From positions 2,016,001 through 2,080,000 of the forward strand of contig OZ253449.1 of assembly GCA_965261345.1 (NCBI GenBank): DNA of 64,000 nt. The letters are read 5' to 3'. The notes beneath the pieces are model-generated. The model had not been told where the DNA came from. It made no database searches and saw only the letters and a program-made list of their open reading frames with translations. Each line of letters starts with the position of its first letter. Position 1 is the stretch's first letter. Origin of the DNA: Chloroflexota bacterium. GTDB taxonomy: Bacteria; Chloroflexota; UBA11872; VXNJ01. Below are positions 1 through 10,051 of this stretch, one piece after another. A program made the position numbers and the translations under genes.

Positions 1-90
1 ATCCGCGGTGGCCATAAATACCCCCAGGCCCACCACAACCGCCTGTGGCCAATGGGGCGCGGCCCGCTCAGTCGCCTGCCGGGTATTCAT
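1..90 (-). CDS. MFS transporter, N-terminus only (runs off window)
   Basis: ATG at 90 overlaps upstream TGA (ATGA). Reads MNTRQATERAAPHWPQAVVVGLGVFMATAD, resembling DHA2/MFS TM1. Confidence 0.55.
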   Translation of the reverse strand, partial: MNTRQATERAAPHWPQAVVVGLGVFMATAD

Positions 91-518
91 AGTTGCCGGC
101 AAAAATCCAATACCGCCGACAACAACAGCCCGGCGCGGTTGTCGACCGGCTCCAACTCCACCTGCCAGCTTCCAAGCGAGCGGTCGACAACCGCGCCGAA
201 GGCCGCCAGATTGTCAATCAATTCCTCAATCTGACCGTCGTCGGCTCCCAATCTGCAAAGCCGCTTTGGCATGAACTGGATGTGTGGAGCGGTCGACCGT
301 TGTCGCGGGGCGACTATCCGGGCGACGGGCGCACTGTTTTCGCCGTCTGCCCAGACCAACGCCAGACTGTTGAGGCGCACCCTTAAGGTGCCACCGCCCG
401 CGAGCCAGCGCCCGGCCAAATCCACGACCAATTGACCGTGGCTGGCAAGATTTAAGTCAACCCAACTTGTCAGGCGTAGATCTTGCGGCGATGAAATCGC
501 AGCCTGGAGCTTGGTCAA
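87..518 (-). CDS. hypothetical protein
   Basis: 143 aa ORF translationally coupled to the MFS gene; no recognisable motif. Confidence 0.5.
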   Translation of the reverse strand: MTKLQAAISSPQDLRLTSWVDLNLASHGQLVVDLAGRWLAGGGTLRVRLNSLALVWADGENSAPVARIVAPRQRSTAPHIQFMPKRLCRLGADDGQIEELIDNLAAFGAVVDRSLGSWQVELEPVDNRAGLLLSAVLDFCRQL

Positions 519-578
519 GTGGCAGCGAGTTAAATAAAACGTTACTCGCTAAATTTTGCGTTAGCTGACGGGGAGAGC

Positions 579-1592
579 ATGTACGGGATTGCAATTGCCG
601 GCACCGGCTGGGTTGCCGCTGCCCACCTGGCTGCCATTGCCAATGACCCGCGCGGCCGGGTCGTCGCCGTGTCTGGGTCAACCCGCTCGAAGGCGATCGA
701 CTTCTGTCGGCTGCACGGTCTGTCCGCAAGTCCCTACGGCGATTTTGAGCAGCTGCTTGCCGACCCGCGGGTCGACGTGGTCTTTTTGGCGACTCCAAAC
801 AATCTGCACTCCCGCCAAACGATCGCCGCGGCCCAGGCGGGCAAGCACCTACTGATTGAAAAACCGGCGGCCCTGGACGTCGACTCGCTTGAGCGCTCAA
901 TTGCCGCGGTGGAGCGGGCCGGAATAACCAGTCTGGTCGGGTTTGTGCTGCACTGGAACCCGATGTTTGACCTGATCAAATCGCAGCTCCGGGCCGACCT
1001 GTTAGGCCGAGTTTTCTATGCCGAAGTCAACTACTGGCACCAGGTTGGCGATTGGTATTCGGGATTCTCCTGGGCCAGGACCCGGGCCGGCGGCGGAAAC
1101 GCCCTGCTGTGCGCGGGCTGCCACGCGGTCGACGCTCTGCGCTACTTTACGGGTTCCGAGATAACCTCGCTTACGGCGCTTGCAACCGACGATGGCAGTG
1201 GTCACGAATACCCGTCGACGATGGTGTTCATATGCCAACTAAGCAACGCGGCAATCGGCAAGGTATCGGCCAGTCTCGGGGCGCACCTACCCTATCAATT
1301 TGACGTCGACCTGCTCGGCACCAAAGGATCGATTCGCAACAATCGCCTGTACAGCAAGGAATTCGAAGGCCTTCGCGGGTTTTCGTGCGCCGACGTGGAG
1401 TGCCCGAATACGGCCGAGGTCGCGTCACACCCGTTCAACGGTGAGGTGGCCCACCTGTTCGATTGCCTCGACGCCGGGGTCGATACACAGCTGTCGCTGC
1501 GCTCTACCCGCAACACTCACCAAGCCTGCATTGCCGCCGAAATATCGGCGAGCCAAGGTCGAACCGTCAGTCTGCCGTTAGAACCCGAATAG
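579..1592 (+). CDS. Gfo/Idh/MocA family oxidoreductase
   Basis: GTGWVA Rossmann motif, ATPNNLH, GKHLLIEKP, GCHAVD. Confidence 0.9.
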   Translation: MYGIAIAGTGWVAAAHLAAIANDPRGRVVAVSGSTRSKAIDFCRLHGLSASPYGDFEQLLADPRVDVVFLATPNNLHSRQTIAAAQAGKHLLIEKPAALDVDSLERSIAAVERAGITSLVGFVLHWNPMFDLIKSQLRADLLGRVFYAEVNYWHQVGDWYSGFSWARTRAGGGNALLCAGCHAVDALRYFTGSEITSLTALATDDGSGHEYPSTMVFICQLSNAAIGKVSASLGAHLPYQFDVDLLGTKGSIRNNRLYSKEFEGLRGFSCADVECPNTAEVASHPFNGEVAHLFDCLDAGVDTQLSLRSTRNTHQACIAAEISASQGRTVSLPLEPE

Positions 1593-1600
1593 AGTCCGGT

Positions 1601-2359
1601 TTACTGGCCCGCCGCCGACTCCGCCGAGCCCAGCAGTTCGCCCTCGTCGTCGTCCAGTTCCCGGTCAGATTTCGCGTTATCACCATTCGACTGCTCAGGG
1701 ATCAAATCGCGTTTGCTCCGACGAGCGTCGATAAGATCGGCCGCAGACTGCGAACTGGCTTCGGATACGCTGACGCCGGGGGCCAGCGCCAGGATTTCGA
1801 ACGCATTTCCGGCCGGCCGGAACACGCCGAGCTGGGTTATCAGCAATTTGATGGGGCGGAAGTTAAAACCCTTGGCGCTCTCAGGCAGCGGACCTAGCAA
1901 AGCGGGCTGTCCACCCGGCTGGGCGTGGTGGGCCAGCGCGATTAGGCGCCCGGCGCCGAATGCGATCTCCGGCAATAGACCTGGAGCATGGGCCTGACCC
2001 GCGCTCGGACCGGGCGGCTGGGCCTGCCCGTTGGCCGAAACCGATCCAACCTCGAGTACCCCCACGTCGACCCATCCGCGGCGGAGCAGGGCGGCCGCTT
2101 CCAGTGGTCCTTGCAGCGAACCGCCGGCAATTACCGCCACCCGTTCACCCTTAGCGTTCGGTTGGGTTCCGCGCCCGCGCCCGCGCCGGTCGGGGCCCGC
2201 GCCGACGATCCCGTTTTCATCAAGAACGACGACCGCTTTTTCGGCGAGTTGGTTGCGAATCATTTCCGGCAGTCCGGCCCCCACGATCACGACGTCATGG
2301 TGTTCAAGTTCGGCGGCCGCCTGCTGTGCGATTTCAGTGGGGCTCCAGGTCAATTTCAA
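1601..2359 (-). CDS. 3-oxoacid CoA-transferase subunit B (divergent)
   Basis: GAGLP, DENG (catalytic Glu of SENG), LLITQLGVF..EILALAPGVS; coupled to subunit A. Confidence 0.75.
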   Translation of the reverse strand: MKLTWSPTEIAQQAAAELEHHDVVIVGAGLPEMIRNQLAEKAVVVLDENGIVGAGPDRRGRGRGTQPNAKGERVAVIAGGSLQGPLEAAALLRRGWVDVGVLEVGSVSANGQAQPPGPSAGQAHAPGLLPEIAFGAGRLIALAHHAQPGGQPALLGPLPESAKGFNFRPIKLLITQLGVFRPAGNAFEILALAPGVSVSEASSQSAADLIDARRSKRDLIPEQSNGDNAKSDRELDDDEGELLGSAESAAGQ

Positions 2360-3057
2360 TTTCCTCTAACTACGCCGCGTATAGTGATGCCCGGCGTGTC
2401 GACTGCCCCTGGATCGATGTCGCCTATCTCGTAGAGTTCGTCGACCTGGGCCAGGACCACCGGTGCTGCTGAGGCAACCACGGGGTTTGAGCTGACCAAG
2501 GCCCCCCGGTACGACAGATTGCCATAGCGATCGCCGCGCCAGGCCTTCACCAGTGCCAGATTGCCAACGATCGCCGGGGCGACGGCGTACTCTTGCTTGC
2601 CGACGGCCAGCTTGGCGGGCGCATCGCCCAATCCGGCGGCCAACGCCAGTGGGGCCAAAATTCCCCCGAGCCCGGCCCCGCCGGCCCGTACCCGCTCGAA
2701 CAGAATTCCCAACGGGCAAACCTGGATCTCAAGTTGCCCAGCGGAGGCGCCGTCGGTGTTCAATTGCCCGAGGCGGGCGGTAATCAACTTCTTGCAGCGG
2801 CCGGCCGCAATCAGCGCCTGAATTGAATCGTTGTCGGCATTGGCGCATACGATAGTCAACTCGTCGGCCGCGGTCGCCACCAACGCTTCGAGCAGTCGCA
2901 GTGGCTGGCTGGCTCGACTCTGGCCGCCCACCAGCACGATATCACCGCTGGCTGTTCCGGCCAGCGCGGCCTCGGCCGAGGTGGTTTTGTCGAGCAGCGT
3001 CGGCACCCGGAGGGCCGGCCCCAGGTAGCGGCCGCTGGGTGCCGAATCAGCCATCAC
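2356..3057 (-). CDS. 3-oxoacid CoA-transferase subunit A
   Basis: ERVRAGGAGLGG, KAWRGDRYGNL, IDPGAVDTPGI. Confidence 0.85.
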   Translation of the reverse strand: MMADSAPSGRYLGPALRVPTLLDKTTSAEAALAGTASGDIVLVGGQSRASQPLRLLEALVATAADELTIVCANADNDSIQALIAAGRCKKLITARLGQLNTDGASAGQLEIQVCPLGILFERVRAGGAGLGGILAPLALAAGLGDAPAKLAVGKQEYAVAPAIVGNLALVKAWRGDRYGNLSYRGALVSSNPVVASAAPVVLAQVDELYEIGDIDPGAVDTPGITIRGVVRGN

Positions 3058-3078
3058 ATCGATCGCCGGGCCGGCGAG

Positions 3079-3513
3079 TTAGAGCCAGCGCCGAACGAGG
3101 GCCACGATCAGGCTGCTGCAACCCAGTGCCAGGCCGAAGGCGATCGCCGACCGGGTCCCCATGATCGCCTTGACCCGGCCGTTGACCGATCCGGCCACGA
3201 CCGCCAAGGCGAAGACGTTGCGGGCCTCGACCGCCCCGCCGACCACCCACTGGGCGATGCTGTTCTCCAGCTTCACGCTTCCGCCGCCGACCAGAATCGC
3301 CGTCGATTCTTTCATCGTGGTGTTGGCGGAAATAATTCCACCGGCGGCCGAACCGCTCAGGTTGGCTGCTTGGGGGTGAGCGATCGCGATCGCCGACAGA
3401 TCGGCATCGATCCGGGCCGCCCGGATCGATTGGGCCGCGCACATCTGCAAATTTACGTTTTCGGCAACGACGGAATCAATCGACCGCGAATGCTCACTGG
3501 CAATTGCAGTCAT
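3079..3513 (-). CDS. hypothetical protein with C-terminal TM helix
   Basis: Ala/Gly/Val-rich repetitive body plus hydrophobic tail; operonic position. Confidence 0.65.
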   Translation of the reverse strand: MTAIASEHSRSIDSVVAENVNLQMCAAQSIRAARIDADLSAIAIAHPQAANLSGSAAGGIISANTTMKESTAILVGGGSVKLENSIAQWVVGGAVEARNVFALAVVAGSVNGRVKAIMGTRSAIAFGLALGCSSLIVALVRRWL

Positions 3514-3543
3514 CTATCAGAACCTTCCGCGCCTCGGCATCGC

Positions 3544-4731
3544 TCAATGTTCATTTTCGCCCGCTTTGACCGCCGCCCGCCGGGCGGCTTCCATGACCGC
3601 CAGCAACGGGACGCGGTGGACCCGGGCCGCCTCCCGGGCGGCCTCGAATTCCGGCGCCGCTTGCCCTGGGAGATCGGCCGATACCTTGACCAGAATCGGC
3701 CCGTATGGGGTCCTGGCGGTTACCGTGGTCCGGGCAAGGGCGCGCCGCCGAAACTCGCGGTGACGGATTCCCAGGGTGCCGGTCTCGGCAAATATCGCCG
3801 CTTCGACCGCCCGGCGGTCGCCGGGGCGGCAAATTGCGCAAAGGGTAACCGCGGGTCGGAATTTTTTCATCTGGATCGGTATGAACCAGGTATCTAGCGC
3901 CCCGGCCGCAAAACAGCGTTCGGCGGCATAGCCGAGTACCTCTGGGCTCACGTCGTCGATATTGGTCTCAAGCACCAAAACGGTTTCGAGACCGCCGCCG
4001 TCCGAATCGGATTCCTGGCCCGCGACCAACCGAAGGACATTGGCCCACGGCGGGTTGGCGCTGCCGGCCCCGTAGCCGCTGGTTTGCGCCCGCATTGCTG
4101 GTAGCGGCCCAAAATCTTGGGCCAAGGTGGTAAGAATCACCGCCCCGGTGGGGGTCAGTAATTCGAGATTTGCCCCCGATGAATAGACCGGTGCGGCAGC
4201 CGCAGTCAGCAGTTCCAGGGTGGCCGGAGCCGGAACCGGCAGCAGACCGTGTTCGGTCTGGACCTGCCCGCTGCCGGTGTTGATCGGCGAAACAGTAATC
4301 GATTCGGCGTCTAACCATTGGGCGCCGATCGCCGCACCGACCAGATCAAGGATCGCGTCGACGGCCCCGACCTCGTGGAAGTGAACCTTTTCCACCGGCA
4401 TCCGGTGAACCTTGGCTTCGGCCGCGGCCAGCCGTTTAAAGAAGTCGATCGCCAACCGTTCGACCGCTGGATCCAGCCCGGCGGCGGAAACGATGTCTCC
4501 GATTTCGGCCAGGCCGCGCTGTGATTTGCCCGGCGGGATCTCGACCTGGAGCCAGGTTGCCCCGATCGCCCCGCGCATCACCTTGTGCGGGCGCATCGAC
4601 CAGTGACCGACCTGAAGCTTCTTTAGCTGCCCGTGCAATTCGGAAAACGGCATGCCGGCATCTAGGAGCGTGGCCAGGAACATGTCGCCGGCGGCCCCGG
4701 ACGATGCCTGCAGGAAGGCGATCCGCGCCAC
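3544..4731 (-). CDS. larC: nickel pincer cofactor biosynthesis protein LarC (Ni insertase)
   Basis: SGAAGDM, VHFHEVGAVD, PVPAPAT, TPTGA, ETNIDD, MKKFRP, ETGTLGIR, PEFE. Confidence 0.95.
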   Translation of the reverse strand: MARIAFLQASSGAAGDMFLATLLDAGMPFSELHGQLKKLQVGHWSMRPHKVMRGAIGATWLQVEIPPGKSQRGLAEIGDIVSAAGLDPAVERLAIDFFKRLAAAEAKVHRMPVEKVHFHEVGAVDAILDLVGAAIGAQWLDAESITVSPINTGSGQVQTEHGLLPVPAPATLELLTAAAAPVYSSGANLELLTPTGAVILTTLAQDFGPLPAMRAQTSGYGAGSANPPWANVLRLVAGQESDSDGGGLETVLVLETNIDDVSPEVLGYAAERCFAAGALDTWFIPIQMKKFRPAVTLCAICRPGDRRAVEAAIFAETGTLGIRHREFRRRALARTTVTARTPYGPILVKVSADLPGQAAPEFEAAREAARVHRVPLLAVMEAARRAAVKAGENEH

Positions 4732-5475
4732 CTAAGCGACCTTGCCGCGCAGGATCAGGGCGGCCAGATATCCGGCCCCGAATCCATTGTCGATGTTTAC
4801 CACCGCCACCCCGGGGGCGCAGGAATTTAGCATCGTCAGCAGCGGCGTGATGCCACCCAGTGACGCCCCGTAGCCGACGCTGGTCGGGGTCGCGATCACC
4901 GGGGCGGCGGTTAAACCTGCCACAACCCCGGGCAGCGCGCCCTCCATGCCGGCCACCGCGATTACCACGTCGGCGCTCTCGAACTGATCCCGATTGGCAA
5001 GCAGCCGGTGTATGCCGGCGACGCCTACATCCCACAGGCGGGACACCCGGGCGCCCAGCGCCTCGGCCACCAGCGCCGCCTCAAGCGCCACCGGAATATC
5101 TGAGGTCCCGCCGGTCGCGATCACCAGTCGCCCGGGCAGGCTCGGTCGCTGCCCGGAGATAACGGTCCCGGCCGCCGGCTCCCAGATGGCTTCGGGTAGC
5201 GCTTGACATAAAGCCCGGGCGTGATCGGAGTCGGCACGGGTGGCGATCACCACCTCGCCGGCCGCCTGCAGCGCCAGTGCGATCCGGGCCGCCTGGTCGG
5301 GAGTCTTCCCCTCGCAGAAAATCGCCTCTGGAAATCCGGTTCGTGCCGAGCGCTGGTCGTCAACCTTGGCAAATCCCAGATCGGCGTAGGAGCTGCCCAG
5401 GCGGGCCGCCGCCGCCGTGACGGTCATTTTGCCGGCCGCAACCTGATCGAGCAATCGGAGTAACTCAGGTTCCAT
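4732..5475 (-). CDS. larB: nickel pincer cofactor biosynthesis protein LarB
   Basis: RTGFPE, GTSDIPVA, DVGVAGIHRL, AGMEGAL, PTSVGYG, VNIDNGFGAG. Confidence 0.95.
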   Translation of the reverse strand: MEPELLRLLDQVAAGKMTVTAAAARLGSSYADLGFAKVDDQRSARTGFPEAIFCEGKTPDQAARIALALQAAGEVVIATRADSDHARALCQALPEAIWEPAAGTVISGQRPSLPGRLVIATGGTSDIPVALEAALVAEALGARVSRLWDVGVAGIHRLLANRDQFESADVVIAVAGMEGALPGVVAGLTAAPVIATPTSVGYGASLGGITPLLTMLNSCAPGVAVVNIDNGFGAGYLAALILRGKVA

Positions 5476-5481
5476 TGCCGG

Positions 5482-6885
<1,404 letters not shown>

Positions 6886-6945
6886 TCAAACACCGGGAAC
6901 CAGGGCCGGCGGACTGATCGGCCAACCCCGGCCGGCTGGGCCCGA

Positions 6946-8154
6946 TCAGACGGCCGAGGTCTGCGATAGCGGTCGGCTGCCGGCCTTGATGACATCGGTC
7001 TTCTGGGACATGAGCATTCCGAAGCCGCAACTGGCCAGGGCGATAACCGCGCCGCCGACGAATGGTACTACGTGGCCAAACTGCTCCCACAGGATGCCAC
7101 CGGAAATCGGAACCAACACCGCCGCGATGTGGTTCATCGTCTGTCCGGTAACCATCGTGGGACGCAGGTCAGATTGCTTGATCAGCATCTTCTTTCCAAA
7201 GGTGGCAATTGCCAGCGAGTTGGAGAAAAGCAAGTTGTCGAGAACGTACAGGGCAAAGAGCACGTTTACCGAATCGATTAGCGCGTAGCCGAGGAATACC
7301 AGGCCGATTAGGAACGTGGAGGGAACGAAGACCAGTCGTTCGCCGAAGCGGTCGATCCAGCGCCCGAAAATGTAGGACGCAAAAATCGAGACCACCTGGT
7401 TGACCAGGAACAGCGTGGTGATGATTGAAATCGGGGTTCCGTAGAGCTTGACCAAAGCGAACACGGCAAACGTCATAAAGATATGGCGACGTCCCCCGTT
7501 GAGTATCTGGAGCACGTAGAAAAGCCAGTACTGCCGACGGATGACGATCCGCTGTTCGGGCGGCCGCTCCTTGGATTTGATCGTGAACATGAGCAACCCG
7601 CCGACGGCGATCATGAGCGCTGAGAACAGGAACATCGGACGATAGCCGAGTCCGGCGGTGACAAGGTAGACAACCGCGATGCCGGCCAGGGCGGCGATGT
7701 TGCCCGATGAGCGCAGGATCCCCAGGCGGGTCCCTGCCTCGGCGTCATTGCCAAAGCGGAGGGCCAGTGACATCGAGAGCGGCGCCCAAGTGTGGAAGCC
7801 GATGCTCCAGACCAACGAAAAAATGATCAGGGAAGTTACTGAGTCGACGTGAAAGTAGTTGAGTACCCCAATGGCCATCAGGAGAAGGGCCAACCCGGCA
7901 ACCACCGGTTCGAGCAGCATCATCACCACCGCGGCCATGAGCACCGAAAGCAGGCCCGGCACCTCGCGTATGGTCTCCAGGATTCCGATCTGGAATGGCG
8001 AGATGCCGATTTCATCGACCGCGAAATTAGTAAAGATCGTGTTGTAGGCGAAAAAACCAAGTGAGTAGAACGCCCCGGCGACGATCAGCAACCGAAAGTT
8101 GTGGGATTGGCCAGGCAGCAGGCGCCGCCCGGTGCTTGTGAGCAACCAGCGCAT
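6946..8154 (-). CDS. MFS transporter
   Basis: About 12 hydrophobic segments; GRWIDRFGER loop motif; REVPG. Confidence 0.9.
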   Translation of the reverse strand: MRWLLTSTGRRLLPGQSHNFRLLIVAGAFYSLGFFAYNTIFTNFAVDEIGISPFQIGILETIREVPGLLSVLMAAVVMMLLEPVVAGLALLLMAIGVLNYFHVDSVTSLIIFSLVWSIGFHTWAPLSMSLALRFGNDAEAGTRLGILRSSGNIAALAGIAVVYLVTAGLGYRPMFLFSALMIAVGGLLMFTIKSKERPPEQRIVIRRQYWLFYVLQILNGGRRHIFMTFAVFALVKLYGTPISIITTLFLVNQVVSIFASYIFGRWIDRFGERLVFVPSTFLIGLVFLGYALIDSVNVLFALYVLDNLLFSNSLAIATFGKKMLIKQSDLRPTMVTGQTMNHIAAVLVPISGGILWEQFGHVVPFVGGAVIALASCGFGMLMSQKTDVIKAGSRPLSQTSAV

Positions 8155-8167
8155 TTACTGAGTGGCC

Positions 8168-9670
8168 TTAGGCGGCAAAATTGCCAAAGTGATCTAAGAG
8201 TGCTTCATACATGACATCAAATTTGAGCAACTGAGCGGCGTAGTAGGCGCTGGCGGCCGGGTCGGGGTCGACTTGCTCGACGATCGGAATCATGTCGGCC
8301 GCCTGCTCGAGCGATTCGATCACGTGCATCGAACGCATCGCCAAAAGGGCCGCTCCCAGCACCGATGCATCGCCCTTGGCCGGCAGCGAGAGCGGGGTAC
8401 CCAGACAATCGGCCAGCATCTGCACCCAGAAGCGTGATCCCGTGAATCCGCCGGTGGTTCGAACCTCGCTCGGTTGGGCGCAGATCTCTTTGAGGGCGGT
8501 AAACACTTGTCCAAGATGCAGGCAGATCGACTCCATCGCCGCTCGCGCGATGTGATCGCGCGAATGACCCAGCGTCAACCCTAAAAGCATGCCGCGTGCG
8601 TCAACGTTCCAGTTCGGTGAGCGTTCACCAGCTAGGTAGGGCAGCAGCAAAAGTCCTTCGGCGCCGATCGGGGCCGCCTGCGCGGCGACGTTGACGGGCG
8701 TGTAATCATCGCGGTCTAAACGGTCGGCAAAGAATGTGTCACGAACCCAGCGATAGACGATTCCGGCCGACGATATGGCTCCGCCATTGACCCAGAGGCC
8801 GTCGGCCAGGTAGTAGGACCAGGTTGCCCTCCCCGGGTGCAGTACCGGGCGGGCATCGATCGTGCGGCAGGCCGCCGAGGTGGCAATCATGGCGGTGTAG
8901 ACACCGGTCCCGATCCCTCCGACGCCGACTGATGAGAGCATGCCGTCGGCGGCCCCGACAATGAGCGGCGTGCGTTCAGGCAGCCCGACTTGGGCGGCGA
9001 TCGCCGGGAGGAAACGGACCTGCTCGTGGGATTCGGTCAGTTCGCCCAGCTGATCCGGTTTAACTCCCAGATAGCTGAGCCATTCGTCGTTCCAGGAGAG
9101 TCCGGCGGTATCGAGCATTCCCGAACCCGAACCAACCGAGCGGTCAAGCAGGAGGTGGCCGGTGAGACGGTAGAGCAGGTAGGTCTTAAGGGGGACGAAC
9201 CAGCGGGCGAGCCCAAACCGCTCGGGGTAGTGCTCGGCCAACCAGCCGATCTTGGGGCCGGTGTAGATCGAATGGATCTGGCATCCGGTGCGCTGATAAA
9301 CGCGGTCATGATCGAGCGCTGTCTGGCTGGCGCGGACCTGCGGACCGCAGCGCAGATCGGCCCAGGTCAGCGCCATGCCCAGCGGGCAGCGATCGGCATC
9401 CAGCGCCACCAGCGATCCGATGATTGCGCTAAGCCCCACCGCGGCGATTTCGCAACCATGGCGATGGCGGGCCAGGTCGGCGCACTCGGCGAGCACCTGC
9501 AAACAGGTAGCAACATATACGGCGGGGTCCTGTTCGGCGGCGCCGGGAACGGGCGAGAGCATTGGCAGGTCGGCGCGGGCCGAGCAGACCGCCACCGCTT
9601 CGCTGGTGAACGCGGTCGCCTTAACTCCGGTGGTTCCGGCGTCAAGGCCGATGAATACGGACTGGGACAA
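8168..9670 (-). CDS. FGGY-family carbohydrate kinase (gluconokinase-like)
   Basis: IGLDAGTTGVKA, LTWAD, PYLAGERSPNWN, TGGF..S..W.Q. Confidence 0.9.
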   Translation of the reverse strand: MSQSVFIGLDAGTTGVKATAFTSEAVAVCSARADLPMLSPVPGAAEQDPAVYVATCLQVLAECADLARHRHGCEIAAVGLSAIIGSLVALDADRCPLGMALTWADLRCGPQVRASQTALDHDRVYQRTGCQIHSIYTGPKIGWLAEHYPERFGLARWFVPLKTYLLYRLTGHLLLDRSVGSGSGMLDTAGLSWNDEWLSYLGVKPDQLGELTESHEQVRFLPAIAAQVGLPERTPLIVGAADGMLSSVGVGGIGTGVYTAMIATSAACRTIDARPVLHPGRATWSYYLADGLWVNGGAISSAGIVYRWVRDTFFADRLDRDDYTPVNVAAQAAPIGAEGLLLLPYLAGERSPNWNVDARGMLLGLTLGHSRDHIARAAMESICLHLGQVFTALKEICAQPSEVRTTGGFTGSRFWVQMLADCLGTPLSLPAKGDASVLGAALLAMRSMHVIESLEQAADMIPIVEQVDPDPAASAYYAAQLLKFDVMYEALLDHFGNFAA

Positions 9671-9712
9671 GTGGGCGACGGTGTTCTGAGGATCAGCCGT
9701 TCGGGTACCAGA

Positions 9713-9928
9713 TCAACGGCGGAGGCGGCCCTTGCCGTCGCATTTGGGGCACGTGCCGCTGGCAACGTGCCAACCACCCGGCTTGGATGGGTCGGGCCAG
9801 CGCTCATCGATCGAGCCGGTCGCGTCGCAGCGATTGCAGCGCGGACCCTGTGGGCCCAGCAGTCGCGGAAGCAGGATCACGCCGGCGGCGATTATGGCCA
9901 GCGGAATTATGAAGGTCGTAAGGTCCAT
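9713..9928 (-). CDS. small membrane-anchored zinc-ribbon protein
   Basis: N-terminal TM helix, CNRCDATG and CPKCDGKG motifs; purine-rich RBS upstream. Confidence 0.7.
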   Translation of the reverse strand: MDLTTFIIPLAIIAAGVILLPRLLGPQGPRCNRCDATGSIDERWPDPSKPGGWHVASGTCPKCDGKGRLRR

Positions 9929-10051
9929 TTTTCCACCTTCCGCGTCTCGCTGCCCTCATTATCAACCGCGCCCGCCAAACCGCCAGCAAAGCACGGGCGA
10001 ATTTTTTGGAGATTTCAATCCTCTGCCCAATTGGGCCAATAGAATCGGCCC

